From Heterodontus francisci (Eukaryota), in NCBI RefSeq assembly GCF_036365525.1, contig NC_090387.1, positions 18,197,766-18,261,765 of the forward strand: a stretch of 64,000 nucleotides of DNA. The letters are read 5' to 3'. The translations under genes were made by a program, and so were the position numbers. Of this stretch, positions 59,700-64,000 are shown piece after piece. The stretch's first letter is position 1. Each line of letters opens with the position of its first letter. Below the pieces are notes generated by a model. The model ran no database searches. It was not told the origin of the DNA and was given only the letters and a program-made list of their open reading frames with translations.

Positions 59700-61985
59700 C
59701 AGGATTTCTTGCTCCTCAGGTCTAATCCTGACATTGTGATCAAATCTGCTGACAAGGGTGGTGCTGTTGTTGTCTGGCGTACCGACCTCTACCTTGCAGA
59801 GGTTGAGCGCCAACTCTCAGACACATCTTTCAACCTCCCCCTGGACCATGACCCCACCACCGAACATCAAGCTGCTGTCTACAACACTGTCACTGACCTC
59901 ATCTCCTCCGAAGATCTTCCCTTTACAGCTTCCAACCTCATAGTCCTGCAACTCTGGACAGCCCGTTTCTGCTTCCTTACCAAAGTCCACAAACAGGACT
60001 GTCCCGGTGGACCCATTGCTTCAGCCTGTTCCTGCCCCACTGAACTTATTTCTTCCTATCTTGACTCTATCATTTCTCCCTTGGTCCAGTCTCTTGCCAC
60101 CTACATCCGTGACTCTTCTGACGCCCTATGTCATTTTGACAATTTCCGGTTTCAGGCCCTAACTGCCTCCTCTTCACTATGGACATCTAATCTCTCTCCA
60201 CCTCCATCACCCATCAGGACGGTCTGAGGGCTCTCCGCTTCTTCCTTGAACAGAGGCCCAACCAGTCCCCATCCACCACCACCCTCCTCCACCTGGCTGA
60301 TCTTATTCTCACATTGAACAACTTCTCCTTCAAGTCCACTCACTTCCTTCAAATAAAAGGCGTTGCTATGGGTACCCGCATGGGTCCTATTTATGGCTGT
60401 CTTTTTTTTGAACATTTCTTGTTCCAATCCTACTCAGGCTCCCTCCCCCAACTCTTTTTCCGGTACATTGATGACTGTATCGGTGCCGTTTCCTGCTCTC
60501 GCCTTGAACTGGAAATCTTCATCAACTTTGCTTCCAATTTCCACCCTTCTCTCACCTTTACATGGTCCATCTCCGACACTTCCCTTCCCTTCCCTTCCTC
60601 GACTACCCTGTCTCCATCTCTGGGGATAGGCTGTTTACTAATATTCATTATAAGCCCACCGACTCTCACAGTGACGTCGAATACACTTCCTCACGCCCTG
60701 CTTTCTGTAAGGACTCCATTCCATTCTCCCAGTTTTTCCATCTCCGACGCGTCTGTTCTGATGATGCAACCTTCCATGACAGCACTTCTGATATGTCTTC
60801 CTTTTTCCTCAACCGAGGATGTCCCCCCACTGTGGTTGACAGGGCCCTCAACCGTGTCCGGCCCATTTCCCGCACCTCTATCCTCACCCCTTCCCCTCCC
60901 TCCCAGAACCGTGACAGGGTTCCCCTTTTCCTCACTTTCCACCCCACCAGCCTACACATCCAAAGGATCATCCTCTGCCATTTCTGCGACCTCCAGCGTG
61001 ATGCCACTACCAAACGCATCTTCCCCTCCCCTCCCGTCAGTATTCCAAAGGGATCGTTCCCTCCGCGACACCCTGGTCCACTCCTCCGTTACCCCCGACA
61101 TCTCGTCCCCTTCCCACGGCACCTTTCCATGCAGTCACAGGAGGTGTAATTCCTGCCCATTTACCTCCACTCTCCTCACCATCCAAGGCCCCAAACACTC
61201 CTTTCAGGTGAAGCAATGATTTGCTTGTACTTCTTTCAATTTAGTATACTGTATTCACTGCTCACATGGCACCGCTACACTGGGGAGACCAAACGCAGAT
61301 TGGATGACCGCTTTGTGGAGCACCTCCGCTCAGTCCGCGAGCATGACCCAAGCTTCCGGTTGCTTGCTATTTCAACACACTCCCTGGCTCCCATGCCCAT
61401 ATCTCTGTCTTTGGCCTCCGGCAGTGTTCCAGTGAACATCAATGCAAGCTCAAGGAACAGCACCTCAGTTTACAATTAGGCACTCTACAGCCTTCCAGAT
61501 GGAACATTGAATTCAGTAATTTCAGAGCATGACTGGCCCATTTTTTACTATTATTTTATTTTATTTTGTTTAATCTCCTTTTTTTTTTACCATGTGCCTG
61601 CCTTGAACTTGGTCTTTCATGTTTGTGCTTTTGGACAGAGCTGTTCATTATTCTGTCATTAACACTCCCTCTGCACTACTGCTTTGTCTTTCACCACACC
61701 ATTAGCACACTCCCTTTGCCTTTGCCCCATGACCTCTTGGTCAGTGAATCTCTCCTGTCCTCTGCCCAATCACACACCTCTGCTTTTGTTCTCTTCGCCA
61801 ACGCCCCCCCCCCCACCCCACTTCACTTGCTTAAAACCTATTACATTTCTAACCTTTGCCTGTTCTGATGAAAGGTCACTGACCTGAAATGTTAACTCTG
61901 CTTCTCTCTACACAGATGCTGCCAGACCTGCTGAATATTTCCAGCAATTTCTGTTTTTATTCTTTATTTCTTTATTTCAGATTCC
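59700..61985 (+). mobile_element. Penelope-like element (RT + GIY-YIG), frameshifted
   Basis: IVIKSADKGGAVVV, KVHK..CPG.PI, GVAMGTRMGP, FRYIDD, YKPTD, CxxxxCxxC linker, GIY-YIG remnant (YTGETKRRL..RF.EHLRSV), then a pyrimidine-rich UTR and pseudo-LTR. Confidence 0.92.
61861..61897 (+). ncRNA. Minimal hammerhead ribozyme in the Penelope pseudo-LTR
   Basis: TGTT-CTGATGA-AAGGTCACTGACCT-GAAAT-GTT-AACT; cores intact, one C>T change in stem III relative to the 7365 copy. Confidence 0.65.
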
Positions 61986-62149
61986 CACTTTGTCTTTAGC
62001 CCCTTCTTTGTAACTCAGCAATTCTTCAAACTCCCCTAATGGTCAGCTGATTAAGGTACTGTGTAACTGTGGCATATAGACTAGGAAGGTCCTAGGTTCT
62101 ACTGCAGTCTGTGCTCAGTTATGCTGATTTTAGCCAAAGCATGGGTAAA

Positions 62150-62608
62150 GGCAAATAAGGCTTAAAAGGGTAAAGTTGCATAAGCTTGGTTTGTATACCC
62201 TTGAGTTTAGACAATTAAGGGGTGATCTAATCAAGGTCTTCATAATCATAATTGGTGGATTCCATGGGTTATACACAGAAAAACAATTTGATTTGTGGGT
62301 GAATCCAGAGCAAGATATCATAATCCAATAATTGGAGCTAGGTCGGTTAGGAGTGAGTCCAGGAAGCATTTTTTTCACACAAAGTGTAGTGGAAATGTAG
62401 TATTCACACTCATGAAATGCTTTGGAAATTTTTTGGAGGGGTTGGGGAGTGTTGTCAATTGAAATTTTCAAGACTGAGAGTGATAGATTTTTGTTAAGTA
62501 AGGGTATCAAAAGCAGGTGGATTGAGTTCACGTACAGATTAACCACGATCTGATTGAATAGTGGAACAGGCTCGAGGGGCTGAATGGCCTACTCCTGTTC
62601 CTATGTTA
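62150..62608 (+). mobile_element. CR1 3' end
   Basis: LGLYTLEFRQLRGDLI remnant and tail GGCTCGAGGGGCTGAATGGCCTACTCCTGTTCCTATGTT. Confidence 0.75.
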
Positions 62609-63089
62609 CATACAAGAACGGAGAGGGTTTCTGGAATATAGACTCCAGAGGATGGACATCCCACCATTAGATAGGAAGAGTGAAACAAAGGAGGGAAAAT
62701 GGATAACTATCAATTTGAAAGAGAGAAAGACAGGAAGAACGGTTACAGTAGTCATGGGTGAATGCAATATTGTCTAATAGGTATATAACGTTGGATGCTT
62801 GTGATGTAGACAAGGACAGTGTCACAAAGTGGGGTAATCAGCAATACCCAAAGTTACCAAGGAACAAATGGTTAGTCATAGGAGAAAAAAATACAGTCAA
62901 GTAGCAGTAACAGTAAAGTCGTAGATGATTCTGTGACAAAATGAATCAACGGCCTTTTTTGTGCTACGACTGGGAATCCAGAGTGATCTGTTGTCTCCCA
63001 GTTCCTCAGGCAACAGACATAATGGAGGAGTGGAAAAGTTTTTGAGAACACCCAGCAGTCACAATTCATTTGGGAATCAATGAATAGGT

Positions 63090-63570
63090 TGTAGATCTTG
63101 CAATGGGATTGAGAATGTAGGTGTTAAAGAGCAGCATCTCAGAAGTAAATTAGCTGAGGATTACTCCTGATGTCGCATTAGACAGGAGCAGATTAGACAC
63201 GATGGCCACTAAGTTCCTCAAGTCTGCTCCCTCTCCGTCACTAACTGCACTGAAGGTGGTGCAGGAACTATCATTTACATGTATAAATGGGCTTGCCACT
63301 GACGAAGTTAGGGGGGCAGAGTGGGAGCAACTCCAAGGAAATTCCAGGCCATTGTGTGGCTTGAAAAATGGTATTGAAGGGAGGGATTTGGATGTTAGAA
63401 CATTAGAGTGAGTTCTGGGGGAAGGGTGGGGTGGGGATCGGGGTGGAGAGGGGTGGGGGGGGGGGAGCAATGAACCATGAGACAGGCTTCGCCTAAACCA
63501 AACTAGTATCAATGTTCTCACAGAGATTGTAAATGGAGCAGTGAGGGAGTATTTCAATTAGCAGGATATT
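63090..63570 (-). mobile_element. Old LINE endonuclease-region fragment
   Basis: Minus strand retains ILVWF, CSHSAPLTS and LRNLVAIVS stretches resembling a decayed APE-domain region; heavily decayed. Confidence 0.35.
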
Positions 63571-64000
63571 CCTAATGGGTATTGTGTGCTCTTGCCTTTA
63601 TATGTAACTTTGATTAATGATAGTATGCACATCTTGTATTAACTAGTCTTTCTGATAATTATATTTTTGATACACTGTTGCCGTCTTAAATTTATAAGAT
63701 TCACAGCACTTTGTTTCTTTGGGAAACTGCACAACACAACGGCCCTCCCTCAAATTATTTTGTCAGGATGATTTGCAACATGGCTGCTCACCACAAAGGG
63801 ATTGTTTCTTCCCAGCATTTGCAGTGCATGTTATTAGTTCTCTCGCACATACCGTTAGTTTCCTGTCAACCATTATGTGACCGAGAAGATTTGTTCGCCC
63901 ATTTTTCATGGCTTCATTTAAGGGAATTGGTTTTGGAAATAAAAAAAACTGAGGGGTTGGTTTAATCTTCCGCAGTTAACTGGCACAGTGAAGTATCAGT

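Noticed and set aside
1-64000. CRISPR arrays, prokaryotic operons, rRNA or snoRNA genes
   Set aside because: Sequence is vertebrate genomic DNA; no regularly spaced repeat-spacer array, rRNA-like tract or convincing C/D or H/ACA box pair was seen.

Overview
Vertebrate nuclear DNA, almost certainly a shark/elasmobranch, judged from V-SINE (HE1-like), Deu-domain SINEs (SacSINE1-like), abundant CR1/L2 LINEs and Penelope elements. Three host genes are recognisable. (1) An exon of a C16orf46-like gene on the minus strand (503-763), with a probable first exon near 4735-4950. (2) A coding-intronless MPLKIP/TTDN1 gene (5347-5928, +) that shares a CpG-island bidirectional promoter with it. (3) A single-exon glycogen-targeting PP1 subunit of the PPP1R3D/3E group (35823-36707, +). 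Most of the remainder is intergenic or intronic DNA packed with retroelements: RTE, Tx1-like, CR1, L2, Penelope, a decayed Gypsy pol, several SINE families and a MITE, often nested. The most striking object is a ~3.3-kb non-LTR element (23784-27073). It starts with a tRNA-like Pol III head (A box, B box, anticodon-like arm), has no room for ORF1, carries one APE-RT frame, and is almost free of TTTT terminators on its sense strand: a candidate SINE-headed, possibly Pol III-transcribed autonomous LINE. Penelope-type minimal hammerhead ribozymes are visible at 7365-7401 (-) and 61861-61897 (+). All family names come from recall of consensus motifs, not database searches, and repeat boundaries are approximate.
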